DNA from: Callorhinchus milii
Taxonomy: Eukaryota
Reading direction: 5' to 3'
NCBI RefSeq assembly: GCF_018977255.1
Contig: NW_024704742.1
Span: forward strand, 112,904,001-112,968,000
DNA length: 64,000 nt
Below the pieces are notes generated by a model. The model had not been told where the DNA came from. It did not search any database and saw nothing but the letters and a program-made list of their open reading frames with translations. This document shows positions 1 through 12,773 of the stretch, piece after piece (position 1 is the stretch's first letter; each line of letters starts with the position of its first letter). The position numbers and the translations under genes are program-made.

Positions 1-460
1 CAAGACTGAGGATCTTGAAGTCAATCGTCTCTGGGACAGGCAGCCAGTGCAGTCTGGCAAAGACTGGGGTAATCGGGGAGCGGAGTTTGGTGCGGGTAAG
101 AATTAAAAGGTCTCACAGACTCACTAGGCATATTGTTCTCAACCAACATTCCACAATTATCAGCTCTTTGGTGAATGGCGGCATGATAAACCTAATCCCC
201 AACAAGACATCTTTTGAATGAAGTTGCAACAGCAGAGAACATTAATGTAAAATTGAAAATACAAAATAACTTGTCTGAGATCAGCACTCGCAAATGCTGA
301 ATGAAGCTTTATTTTTTACCTCGCAATGTTTCTGTCAGTTTGTCTATCAGGAGGGATGAGTGCACCCAGCGATAAAAATCAAAATGTCTTTATTGCTGCT
401 TTTCACCACTTCAATAAAAGGGAATGAAGAAAAACACTTCCATTCTACAGCACGGTGAAT

Positions 461-1938
461 ACAACAACAACAACAATATTACATTTATAGAGCACCTTTC
501 ACGTTGAGAGGATGTCCCAAGATGCTGGACAGTTGGGTCGGGACCCCAGAAAGGGGGAAATGGTCAGGGTGAGGGGAGGGAAGTCCTGTAGAGTCCTGGA
601 GTCCTGTAGCTCAGTGGTTAGAGCACTCGCTTTGCAAGCGAGAGACCTGAGTTCAATTCCAGGCAGGGCGAAACCTTGGGCAAGTTTCCTTACTCCACAC
701 GCCTAATAATAATCCCTCCAAAACCAAAAACAATAATAAATTGGTCATTTTCAATCTACGACTGTTTGTGGGACATTGCTGTGCGCAATTGGCTGCCGCG
801 TTCGCCCACAAATATACAGTCAATTCACTTTACAGTATATTCTGTGAAGCGCTTTGGGACGTCCTCCCGACGTGAAAAGCGCTATATCAAATGCAAGGAT
901 TATTATTATTATTATTATTAGGGAAGGGAGGGAGCGAGGAGGGGGTAGAGTCGAGAGGGGAGCTGAAGGCACGGTTGAAGAGAAAGGTCTTGAGACCGGC
1001 CTTGAAGGAGGAAAGGGAGGAGGCGGTGAAGGCATTGAGGGATGGAGTTCCAGAGCCCAGGGACTGAGAGGCTGAAAGCCCGGCCACCGATGGTAGGGCG
1101 GTTGGGGCGGGGGATGTGGAGCAGACCGGAGCCAGAGGAACGGAGGGTACGGGCAGGTAAGTAGGGGGATAGTAGGTCGGAGAGGTAGGAGGGAGCAAGG
1201 CCGTGAATGGCCTTGTAGGTGAGGATGAGGATCTTGAATTCGATCCTCTGGGGGATGGGAATCCAGTGGAGGCGAGCGAGGGTGGGAGTGATGTGGTCGC
1301 GAAGCCTGGTGCGGGACAGTACACGAGCTGCAGAGTTCTGAATGACCTGCAGCTTGTGGAGGGAGGTGCCGGGAAGGCCGACGAGGAGAGAGTTCCCATA
1401 GTCCAGCCTTGAGGTGATAAAGGCGTGGACCAGGGTTTCAGCAGCGTGAGGGGTGAGGTAGTGCCGTAGTCTGGCGATGTTCCGGAGGTGGTGGAAGGCG
1501 GTGCCAGTTGTGGCGCAGATGTGGGGAAGAAAGGACAGCTCAGGGTCGAACAGAACCCCGAGGTTCCTGACTGGCTTTGAGAGGTGGAGAGTGCAGCCTT
1601 GGATGCTGATGCTGTCAGCGCCTGAGGTGCGGAGGCGCTGACGTGAGCCAATCAGGAGGGCCTCAGTTTTGCACACGTTGAGCTGAAGAAAGTTGTCTCT
1701 CGTCCACGACTCGATGTCGGACAGGCAGGCTGTCAGGACATCGGTGGTCGTGGAGTTGAGGGTAGAGGAGGAAAGGTAGAGTTGGGTGTCATCCGCATAC
1801 ATGTGGAAGTTAACCCCATGTCTGCGGATGATGTCACCAAGGGGGAGCATATAGAGGGTGAAGAGGAGGGGACCGAGGACAGAGCCTTGAGGGGCACCGC
1901 ACGAGACAGTGCGGGGGCTGGAGGAAAAGCCGTTAGCG
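461..1938 (-). mobile_element. Young L2-clade LINE, 5'-truncated (C-terminal RT, 3'UTR, (TTG)n tail), interrupted by a SINE at 598-919
   Basis: ORF 918..1850 encodes [48 protein letters not shown], typical L2 RT motifs; (CAA)n on + at 461. Confidence 0.93.
598..919 (+). mobile_element. Young tRNA-Ala(TGC)-derived SINE, full length (short form)
   Basis: A box TAGCTCAGTGG, B box GTTCAATTCC, anticodon arm CTCGC-TTTGCAA-GCGAG, L2-like 3' hairpin, (ATT)n tail, TSD AGGGAAG at 577-583 and 920-926. Confidence 0.93.
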
Positions 1939-2498
1939 AAGAATATATCTTAGGCAATGTTTTTTCTAGTTTGGGAAAAAAATCACACTCTTATTTTCTG
2001 AAATTGTTTAAGATATACACTGTGAATCTATATTTTTAACGTCTCAGAGACCAGTGTTGTCAAAATATTAAACTGCTTTTTTTTATTCCCCGGAGAGCAC
2101 AGTATTATTCTGAATACAAATTCCATTTGAATCCTCCTAAACCCACTTCTAATTTGCTAAGGTATATGCTCAGATAATATCATGCTGGGATCAGGACTGT
2201 CAATGATATTGAATAAAAATGGAACATTAACGTTCTATTTTCTGTCAGCAATATAGCTGGATTGGATACGATTAGCTAGATTCAATATCTACAAACCACA
2301 AATGTATCTCTTTTAATTCTAAGAAAGTACCCACTTATCTGTATCTTTTCCTGGATGTTTGCTGGTTATGGCTCTATGTGTGGCTGTAGTCTTCTGCTAC
2401 TTTAGATATCAATTCTTCCTTTGGAAATCTACAAAAATACACAGTTAATACACTGTACAGTAAATTCTGTGAAGTGCTTGAGACCGTTTGATGGCATG

Positions 2499-2868
2499 AT
2501 AATAATAATAATCCATGCATTTTATATAACTTCTTATCACATATTTGAGATGTCTTAAAGCACTTCACAGAATATACTGTAAAGGGAATTGACTGTATAT
2601 TTTGTGGGCCAAACATGGCAGCCAATTATACACAGTAGTGTCCCACAAACAGTTGTGGAATGAGTGACCAATTTATCATTTTTTTTAAGGAATTATTACC
2701 ACCGGAAAAACAATCAGCCAATCGACTAACAACTGGGTTCTACTTACTGCTAGGTAAATAAAGGCGTGTGGAGTAAGGAAACTTGCCCAACATTTTGCCC
2801 TGCTGCGAACCAAACCCAGGTCTCCCGCTTGCAAGGTAAGCGCTCTAACTACTGAAATGCAAGGATTC
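2499..2868 (-). mobile_element. Older long-form tRNA-Ala SINE with an extra ~70-bp central block
   Basis: Same head and tail as the young SINE plus an internal ...TTTACCTAGCAGTAAGTAGAACCCAGTTGTTAGTC... block; more diverged. Confidence 0.8.
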
Positions 2869-2917
2869 TTATTAAAACCATAGAGCATTGAAATTTACAA
2901 TATAGAATAAGTAGGCC

Positions 2918-3155
2918 ATCACCATGCTCAAAAGTATCCCAACCAGACTGAGGGTTCCATGTATGTATGCCACCCGCACATAGAAATTTCCTTGTGTCTG
3001 CAATGGAATGTGCAGTCTATCCTTGGAGGTTCAGACTGAAATGACTTAATTCCAGAGAATATTAGGCACAGAGTGGCAAAAGCCAATGCTTGGAGACCTC
3101 AGGATGTATGAATGGGATGCTGCTGGAGTTTTACCAGCTAAAACTGCATAGCTTG
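2918..3155 (+). repeat. Unclassified old interspersed repeat, copy 1
   Basis: Aligns by eye with 10745-10945, 12470-12660 and the minus strand of 46620-46850 (CACCATGCT..AGTATCC..CCAGACTGA..AATTTCCTTGTGTCTG..TATTAGGCACAG). Confidence 0.7.
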
Positions 3156-3939
3156 CACAAGCTGACAAGCATATTACATAATGTGTAATTGTGTTTTATC
3201 CACATATCTACTGCAGCATCAGTCTACAAAGCACATATCACAGAAAACAATTTATGGATCTTTTCACAAAAAGTAGTCTGTTGGGAAGCATCAATGCCAT
3301 TGTAAAAAAGGCTAATGCCTCTTTGGAGGAACATAAACGTTTTTGTGCCAGGACATTTTGTGAGCAAACGGGTGAGCCTTCAGAAACATCTCTTCATTGA
3401 CATGCTGGTGAAGGGTGGAAATGTCTTGAATCATCTAGCAGAAATGACAGATGTTTTCATCATGCACCTCTGTGAAGAAACGTAGAGTTTCTTATAAATG
3501 GTGAAGATTAATAAAGGCAGTTGCATGAGATTTGATAAATGATGGAGAAATTATTAGGGAGCCAAGTTGCATCAGAATATTCCAGACCGGTACAGAATAC
3601 AAATGAGCAGGGAAAGGAGTGGAAGTTATTTAAAAAGCAAAGATAGTTACTTTGGCTCCATAATCCATGTTAAATGTAATGTTATAATTGCAGTATATCA
3701 AAGCTTTGCTGAAAAATTTGTGTCACAGTCTTACAGAATTTCAAATATCTGATGCTACCTTAATATTTTGACACTGCATATTTTCTTAACATACCCTCTG
3801 TCAAATTCTTACGCAAGGCAAATACAAACCTTTATACAATAAATAATTATGCAAATGTTGTTTTGTTTTTAGTGACAGAAACCTCTATCCGTTCAAATTT
3901 TTTTTCTGCTTGTATACTAACCCTGTTAACTTTGTGTAA

Positions 3940-4112
3940 TTCTGGCTCAGTTGGTAATATTCTTACATCTGAGTTAGAAAATTGTGAATTCATGCCCCAT
4001 TTTTTTTCAGGGGGCAGCATTTTGCTCTCACTATCTTGGCTGACATTCCAATGCAGAGCTGGGGGAACGTTGCTTTATTGGAGGTGCCGTCTTTTAGATA
4101 AGCAGTTAAAAT
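3940..4112 (+). mobile_element. 5' fragment of an old SacSINE1-like Deu-SINE
   Basis: CTGGCTCAGTTGGTAA head; GGCTGACATTCCAATGCAG..TTGGAGGTGCCGTCTTTTAGAT. Confidence 0.65.
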
Positions 4113-4131
4113 AAGGTGACGTATGTATGAC

Positions 4132-4225
4132 GAGGAGGAAAGGTAGAGTTGGGTGTCATCCGCATACATGTGGAAGTTAACCCCTTGTCTGCGGATGGTG
4201 TCACCAAGGGGGAGCATATAGAGGG
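4132..4225 (-). mobile_element. Isolated internal L2 RT fragment (YADD region) with no 3' tail
   Basis: Nearly identical to 1765-1858; encodes [30 protein letters not shown]. Confidence 0.85.
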
Positions 4226-4495
4226 ATATGGTTTTGCACTTGTTAATAATAGCATATAGCAGGACATGGTTTTGCACTTGTTAATAATCCTTGCGTTTGA
4301 TATACGGCATTATTACTTCGCTGATATATGTCAAAGTGCTTCATAGGATTTTATTTACTCGCTGTTTGTTGGCAAATACGGCTGCCAATTTGCACATAGC
4401 AATGTCAACGATATTGAAAAAGAATATCTTAAGCACTGAAATGGTGAACTTCATTTAAAGTGGGTGCAATATAAATGCAATATGTCAGCTTGTTT

Positions 4496-5262
4496 GCACA
4501 CTACAACTCACCAAGCCAGTCAGGAACCTAGGTGTCTTATCCGGCCCTCAACTGTCTTTTCTTCCCCACATCCAAGCTGTGACCCGCTCTGCCTTCCCTC
4601 ACCTCCGTAACATCGCCCGACTCCGCCACTGCTCACCACTCAGGCCGCTGAAACTCTTGTTTATGCCTTCATCACCTCCAGGCTCAACTATGCCCTGCTT
4701 GTCGGCCTTCACAACTCTTCCCTCCACAGGCTGCAGATAATCCAGAACTCTGCAGCTCGTGTCCTCTCCCGCACCAAACTCCGTGGCCCCATCTCCCCCA
4801 CTCTTGCCCGACTGCACTGGCTCCCTATCCTTCAGAGGATCCAGTTCAAGATCCTGGTCCTCACCTACAAAGCCCTCCATGGCCTTGCCCCACCCTACCT
4901 CTGCGACCTCCTAACTCCCTACCAAACTGCCCGTTCCCTCCGCTCAGCTGGCTCTGGCCTGCTCCACGTCTACCGATCAACCCACCACACCATTGGCGGG
5001 AGAGCCTTCAGCCACTCTGCCCCCAACCTCTGGAATTCCATCCCCCAATCACTCCACTTCACCCCTTCCTTAGCCTCCTTCAAGTCCCGCCTCAAAACCC
5101 TTCTCTTCGACCCTGCCATCGGCCACCCCCTTTCCCCACCCCTCCCTTCTCCCTCCCTGAGCCCAACTTAGGTCTGAAATGCTGTACACTGTCCAGCACC
5201 TTGGGACATCCTCCCGACGTGAAAGGCACTATACAAATGTAATCTTCTTGTTGTTGTTGTTG
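4496..5262 (+). mobile_element. L2 LINE 3' fragment
   Basis: Degenerate RT C-terminus, 3' hairpin, (TTG)n tail. Confidence 0.9.
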
Positions 5263-7559
5263 ATCTCAAAGCACTGGTTAATAAACTAGTGAAAGCCTTT
5301 CTGGAAAGAATGCTAGTAGTTACTCAACAAGGTCAAGTACCTATAAGCATATCTAAGCTTCCTGAAAGAAAAGAGTTTTAAAATGTAAGTCATAGTAATA
5401 CATTGGAATTCCATTATTATCCTTCAAACCCTTGTTTCCCTGACTATCTGCTTGCCTGTAAGTTTGTTCCACGTGTGCAGCTTTCTCAGAACAAGCTTCG
5501 ACAACTAAACAAGAGAACAATGAACTTTGGATAAGAATCTTTAGATGTATTAAAAGGTCATAGCTAGTAAAATGTATAGATGTTTCATTAGAAAAATGTC
5601 AAGTGCCTTTAATTAGAGTGAAGGATTAGCTAATTCTATATGGTGGATATTTTTCACCATTTCCTTTTGAGCAGTTGCTAAAGTGGTAATAGTGTTCAAA
5701 GGCAATGTTATCATTACTGAGCTGACTGGGAAGAAGTTGTTTTTAAATAAGTAAGACATATGCAACAAATCAATTGAACAAGCAACAGAGATGAGCTTTA
5801 TTTTTTAAGCAGACAAAGTCAAGTCATCGAGTTCACTTCTGAATTATAATAAGAACTGTTGCAAACAGATTCTTCTGGTGTGAAGAAATATTAATCACAT
5901 GCAATTTTAAAAATTCAGTTTACAGATTAACCTTGGTTTGCATTTGACAGATCTATATCTGAGTGCTCTTATCATTGATCAACAATCCAGTTTTGGAATA
6001 AGCAATAATTTTCTACTTTTCTTTAACAAAGCTATGAACAACACAACGGGAATGCAAACTATTTTGTGCTGTTAGCAGCTCACAGACTGAAAGACATAAT
6101 AATATTGCCACTTCAATTACAATAGGAATTTTCAAAATCTTTGAATGTTTTCCAGTATTAATGGGTCAGTCTTATTCACATATACTATGTATCTGTTGAA
6201 AATTAAAAGTGAGAAGAAATGTATCTAAGAATATGAAACGGGTTCTCTGAAGCTTGTTGGGCTGACAATTCCCACATAACCTGCCTACAGAGATTTCATG
6301 TTAGAGTGAAAAAAATCCTAGTGCTCTGATCACATTTTCATGTAAATGAAGAAAAAAAGTTAGGAATGAGTGAAATTGCTACACTACCTGATAATAATGG
6401 AAATCCAGCAGCAAAGTTTCAATGCTGAGTCCAAAAGGGGAAATGCAATATCCCTCTTGTCTGTGCATTGAATGATTGTTTTAATTGCACTTTTCAAAAG
6501 TGTACACTGAAGCTCAAATACCAGAAAGGCTCACTCCCAGGATTGCAATCCTTTTCGTTTCACATGAAATCATTTTCAGATAGACTTCAGAAACAATGAG
6601 TTAAGGCACCCCTTGAATTGGCATCTCTTTGACTCACTATTTGAATCAATGCAGCAATTTCAGTTCAGATGTTCACTGTAATTATTGCTCTCTCTATTTT
6701 AGTAGACCGTCTATCAGTAACACTTAGGCAGTTGAATGCAATAAATGTTTGTGTCAAGCAAGGCTTCAGCCTAAGTCTTACTGTGGCACTGATGAGTTAA
6801 CCGCTTCATTGAGCCACATCCATTCCTCAAAGAATTGTTGACATTGTAATACAGTAGCTTCAGGAGCAAACAATTGGTCCGTCAAGTCTACCCACCCAAC
6901 TTCCCAAAAGATTCTTTTAACACATGTCACATCATCCACTGATCCTGAATCCATTTAATTTCCAGGACTTGTATAGTTCATGTTTTATTTTCTTGTTCTA
7001 CCACCTGTACTAGTAGCTTGTTCCACATGTCTATCGTGCTTTTACTGAATAAAGCCTCTCCAGTATATTCTATTTACCTTTGTCGTAAATACTATGAGAC
7101 ACTGCCTCTCTCGAAGGGCGCTATATAAATGCAAGTTGTTGTTATCATCCTTATTTCCAGGGATGGGCAAATAAATGCTGGAAAAATATCAGCGATGCCC
7201 ACATCCCAACACAGAGATAAAAAGAAGAAGCTGTTATTTCCTGCTTTTTAATTTTGTACACAATTTAAAAGCTATCTGAACATTGGAAACTTTTACAATT
7301 TTTTCAATCAGAAAATCATAAAATCACCTCTATCAATTCAGGCCAAGATTTCTCTACACTTGTAAGAATAAGCAATGTACTTCCCCAGAATGCTACAGAT
7401 GCAGAATCAATTGCTATGTTCAAAAAGATGATATATAAGGATGAAACAAAGGATGGATAATTGGGAAGTAAGGATATTAAGGAATTTAGAGGAAAAAGTA
7501 GGGAAATTGCATTTAAGGAATTGCTGTGATCTAATAAAAACAGCTTTGATAGATAGAAT

Positions 7560-9374
7560 GCTAACCTGTTCCAATTCCCACTAATCGGCCGCCTCTCATC
7601 TTAGCGTGCACATCTTGGCTGCCGCCCCTGACCCGAGCTGGCCCTCCCTCAAAATGGCCCTCTCCCTGCAACTCTCCTGCTCTGTCCTGCTCTCTCTCTC
7701 TGCCCTCCCCACCTCCTATCTCTATTTGACCTCCCACCCACTGCCTCCTTCTGCTCCAGCCTGGGAATCCTTCACCGGGCTCATCGTGGCACTCAGTGTT
7801 GGCTGTCCAGGAGCAGCCACACCGACTACCCCATTCCCCACTACCGCCACAAGCCATCCCAGACCCAGAGGCGAACCTCTCCTCCCTCATCTGATTCCCC
7901 AACCTCCCTGCCAACCAATCCACTATCCCCTCCCATCCCACACATCCCCCTGCCAACTGTCCACTCCGCATTGGCCTTCAAAATGTCCGCTCCATCTGCA
8001 ATACGTTCCTGGCCATCAATGATCTTATCTTCGATGAGAACATTGATATTATGGCCCTAACGGAAACCTGGATCAGCCCAAATGGCATCCTGACCATGTG
8101 TGACCAGGGCTCCCTCTGGCTCCTCGTCCTCCTCGACCTCTCCGCCGCCTTTGATACTGTGGACCACTCAATCCTCCACCGCCTCTCTTTCTACCTCAAC
8201 CTTCAAGGTTTTGTCTTTGACTGGTTCAGGCCCTACCTTTCACACCGCCTCCACTTCGTCTCTGCAAACGGATTCTCCTCCAGCCCCCGCACAATCTCAT
8301 GTGATGTTCCTCAGGGCTCCCTCCTAGGTCCCCTCTTATTCACCCTCTACATGCTCCCCCTTGGTGACATCATCCGCAAACATGGGGTAAATTTACATAT
8401 ATATCCACATATATGCAGATAACACCCAACTCTATCTCTTTGCCTCCCCCTCAACTCCAGGACTACTGGCGTCCTGACCGACTGCCTGTCCGACATCAAG
8501 TCCTGGACGAGGGACAACTTTCTCCAACTCAACATCAGCGAGACCGAAGCTCCTCCTGATTGGCTCGTGCCAGCGCCTCCGGACTTCGGGCGCTGGAAGC
8601 ATCAATCTCCACAGCTGCACACTCAACCTCACAAAGCCAGTCAGGAACCTGGGTGTCTTGTTTGACCCTGAACTGTCCTTTCTCCCCCACATCCAAGCCA
8701 TAACCTGCACTGCTTACCACAACGTTGCCAGATTCCGCCACTGCCTCACCCCTCAGGCTGCTGAAACCCTCACCCATGCATTCATCACATCAAGACTCGA
8801 TTATTGAAACTCCCTCCTCATTGGCCTTCCCAACTCTTCCCTTCACAAGCTGCAAAACTTTGCAGCTCGTGTACTCTCGTGCACCAGGCTCCGTGACCCC
8901 ATCACTCCCACCCTCGCCTGACTCCACTGGCTCCACATCCCTCAGAGGATAGAATTCAAGATCCTCATCCTCATTTTCAAGGGCATCCATGGCCTTGCCC
9001 CCTCCTACCTCTCTGACCTGCTGACTCCCTACCAACCTGCCCGCTCCCTCTGTTCAGCGGGATCTGGCCTGCACCATGTCTCCCGCCTGACCCGCCCTAC
9101 CATCGGTGGCCGGGCTTTTACCCTCTCTGCCCCCACACTCTGGAACTCCATCCCACAGTCCCTTCACTCCGCTTCCTCCCTTGCCTCCTTCAAGGCCGGT
9201 CTCAAGACCCTCCTCTTCGATCGTGCCTTCAGTCGCCCTCCCACATCTCCGCCTTCCCTCACCCCTACCCCACCCCTCCCCCATGCTTGGGTCCTGACCC
9301 CCGACTGTCCAGCCCCTTGTGACGTTCTCCTGATATGAAAGCCGCTCTATAAATGTAATTTTGTTATTGTTGTT
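7560..9374 (+). mobile_element. L2 LINE retaining 5' sequence, with a large internal EN-to-RT deletion
   Basis: LQNVRSI..IDIMALTETW (APE endonuclease start) fused to [30 protein letters not shown]; ends in a TTG tail. Confidence 0.88.
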
Positions 9375-9876
9375 ATCATGACCTCTTAAAGTAGGGAATA
9401 CTAGATGTCCTCTGCCCCATTCACTGCATGGAACAGGACATTACAGTTTCAAGGAACTGTGTCACCTCACCACTTTGCATCTTCTCTTAGCAGATGATTA
9501 ATTACCACATGTTTTAATTACATTTAAGGCACTTTCCTGGCTTGTGACTGGACTTCTGTGCAGCCAATCATCATAATTAGGTAGAACACAATGAACAAAG
9601 AGAAATAACAGAGGGTAGTAAAATCAATGGAAACTAATAATAAGAGCAATTTATGCGCAAAAAAAAGATTACTGTATCTTGAGCTACACTCTGCCCTCAA
9701 AACTTATAGGGAATAATATTCTGATTTATGGTGATTATAGTTGTTGAATTAATGCTCAGTAGGAAATGTCAGTGTGGAGTCAAATAGGGTTCCTTTAGAC
9801 ATATTACCACTAAACTGAATTTTCCTATGAGATTAGCTACCACAATAGTTTGCTGTTGGTTAAATCGCCTGTTAAA

Positions 9877-10736
9877 TGTCTGTCGGACATCAAGTATCCG
9901 AGAGCTAACTTTCTACAGTTGAACATCAACAAGACTGAGGCCCTCCTGATTGGTGCTGACAGCATCACCATCCATGGTTGCACACTCCAACTTAGTAAGC
10001 CAGTCTTGTTTGATCTTCCACTATCCTTTCTACCCTACATCTGCACCATGATCAGCTCTGCCTTCCCCCACATCCACAACGTCGCCCGGCTCCGCCACTG
10101 TCTCACACCGCAAGCCGCCAAAACCCTCATACATGCTTTCATTACATTAAGGCTTGACTATGCAAACTCATTGCTTGTCGGCCTCCCCAACTCCTCCCTC
10201 CACAGGTTGCAGATCACCCAGAACTCTGCAGCCTATGTCCTCTCCCGCACTAAGCTCTGCGACCATATCACCCCCATCGTCGCCCAACTCCACTGGCTTC
10301 CCATTACACATAGGATACAGTTCATGATCCTGATCCTCACCTTCAAAGCCCTCCATGGTCTTGCTCCTCCCTACCTCTGTGACCTCCTAATCCCTATCAT
10401 CCTGCTCACTCCCTCCGCTCAGCGGGCTCTGACCTGCTTCACATTCCCCGCCTGGCTCACCCCACTATTGGTGGGCAGGCCTTCTGTCACTCTGCCCCCA
10501 CCCTCTAGAACTACATCCCTCAGTCCCTCCACCTCACCCCCCTCCCTCGCCACCTTCAAGACCCATCTCAAGACCCTCCTCTTCGACCATGCTTTCGATC
10601 TCCCTGCTTCCCCCACTGCCCTCCACCCTCCCAGACCATGACCCCCAACTTGAGTCCAAAACTCTGTCTGTCCAGCGCCTTGGGATATCCTCCCGATGTG
10701 AAAGGCGCTATACAAACGTAATTTTGTTGTTGTTGA
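9877..10736 (+). mobile_element. L2 LINE 3' fragment
   Basis: ORF 9850..10641 with [34 protein letters not shown] tail. Confidence 0.9.
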
Positions 10737-10744
10737 TTTTGGTC

Positions 10745-10945
10745 GGCCAAGTGTCTGATGCATGTGGAAATCTCTCACCATGCTTAAGAGTATGCAACTG
10801 TGCACTCTCCCCATGGAAAGACACATCCTGCTTACCTAATTTTGAAGAGTATTAGGCACAGGTAAGAGCCACCTGAGGCTTGGTGATCCCAGAGTATGTT
10901 TGGGATATTTTTGGAGTTTAGCCAGCTAAAGATGCATAGTTTACC
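10745..10945 (+). repeat. Unclassified old interspersed repeat, copy 2
   Basis: GTGTCTGATGCATGTGGAAAT..CACCATGCTTAAGAGTAT..TATTAGGCACAG..GGAGTTTAGCCAGCTAAAGATGCATAG matches copy 1. Confidence 0.65.
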
Positions 10946-12469
10946 ATTGAAAGCACTGTCTGGCAAGCTTCCCACAGGCTGATAACAGCTTAGCTCATCG
11001 ATAAGTCCTTGGAAGGGCAGACCAATCACTAGGGGCAGGGATTCTCCCACTCAGTTCCTGTTAACCATGCAAACCAAAGCGCTATCAGGTTGAGTGGTCC
11101 CAGCTGAACAAGTATAGTCCACATATGTGTCCAACCTCCTAATTCTCCTTCCTGTGGCCATCTGTTTCCTTCTCCCTCCTGTATGCCAATAGTTGAACTA
11201 ACGTCCAATTCAGTGTGAGTGTAAGCAAATAAACAACAGAACATTGTATTCAGTACTGAGACCCCAGCAGTGATTCTACATGGCTGCCACCAGTAAATTG
11301 CCAACAGTGGCTTTATACCCATTTTTGTGACTATATCTATTAGTCTCACTCTAGATCTTGCTAGTTGATATTCATCATTTGTTCTTCTTAAATTTCAGCT
11401 CACCACATCATAAATTTCAAATTTCACCAGAGACTCGGAATTCTGTTTACAAAAAAATGACATTTCTGTAATCTGTCAATGCTGCCTTCTTCTGCACATT
11501 TCATACATTCTATGATTGATATGGAGAGATTATTGTCCCATTACAATTGTGAACCTTCCAGCGAATGGTTGAGAAATAAATCAATGTACGTGACGAAGTC
11601 CATAACAGCAGAAAACTAAAATTCAGCAGAAAGATTGTCCTCACCATTTACACACACTCCATTTCCAGATTCTGACAAAACCTGCTAAATATTTAATAGA
11701 TATAGCTCTGAATAACTGTGCCATTTTCTGAAAATTAAAATTCAGTTTGAGCTGTAACTAAAATAAATGTAAAATGTTATAATAAAAATCTATTATCCTT
11801 TTTCTCCAAACATGTTTATTTGTTTATCTCACATTGTCACGTATTGCTACAAGTCAAGCAAATTAAACTTTTTGTGAAATGGACAAAAATATGCTACATT
11901 CACTGCATTATATATAAGCAACGGAACTGCGTAATTGTTTTACATCGAATTATTCACAGTTGTTCAAAAAGGCTGATTTCTGAACTTTAAATGAGCTGTT
12001 TAATTCTCCATAGTGTCAGATTGTAAATTGGTAGCACATTAACCACATAATGCTGGATGCCGGAACCATAGAATAGTACCTTGGGGAACATGAACTTGCT
12101 CTGAGGGATTATATTCCACAATTGTAGGGAAGGGAGAAGGGGAAAAAATATAATAATCCTTGCATTTGATAAATTGATTACCCTGTCAAATTGTTAAATT
12201 GTCTCAAAGTGTCCCCCTAGATTTACTGGGACGTGTAATGAGGGTGTATTTGTACATGAACAATCCTACTAAAAGCGCTGTACATAAATTATGTTAAAAT
12301 CTAATTACTGCTATTGCGATTGTATAACCAATCATTTTGGTTCCTGCTCTTTTCATGATACTGCTAAGAATTGCAATGTAAACCTTTTTCATTTCACCCA
12401 AACATTTCTGAGCCTGAATGTTGCAAAAAAAAATTGGGCACTTGCAAATTGCCAGTTTTTCAAATTTAT

Positions 12470-12660
12470 TTTGGTCAGCCACAGGTGGAAATCCATTACC
12501 ATGCTTACGAGTATCCAAACCAGACTGAAAGTACCACATAGTTATGTCACCTACACATGAAAATTTCCCTGTGTTTGGAATGGAATCCTTGCCTAATTCC
12601 GAAAGGTATTAGATTCAGGTTGGGAAGGCCTGAATTCCAAATCTTGGGGTTATACAATAT
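12470..12660 (+). repeat. Unclassified old interspersed repeat, copy 3
   Basis: GTGGAAATCCATTACCATGCTTACGAGTATCCAAACCAGACTGA..AATTTCCCTGTGTTTGGAATGG. Confidence 0.7.
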
Positions 12661-12773
12661 GTAAGCAAGCATCACAGCTAATGTTTGACACAATGACCGT
12701 TATGACTGAATGTGATTGGATTTTTTGTAAAGTTTGGATCCAGGAACAATGTTGGCCAGGACATTTGCAGGGC

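Noticed and set aside
598..670. tRNA-Ala(TGC) gene
   Set aside because: No proper acceptor stem or terminator, and it is always attached to the SINE body; it is a SINE head
676..921. Recurrent short ORFs ending KRYIKCKDYYYY
   Set aside because: Chance frame through SINE copies that reads into the ATT tail
887..1651. 254-aa Ser/Pro/Thr-rich ORF (also 57024..57782)
   Set aside because: Alternative frame of C-rich L2 ORF2, not a mucin-like host gene
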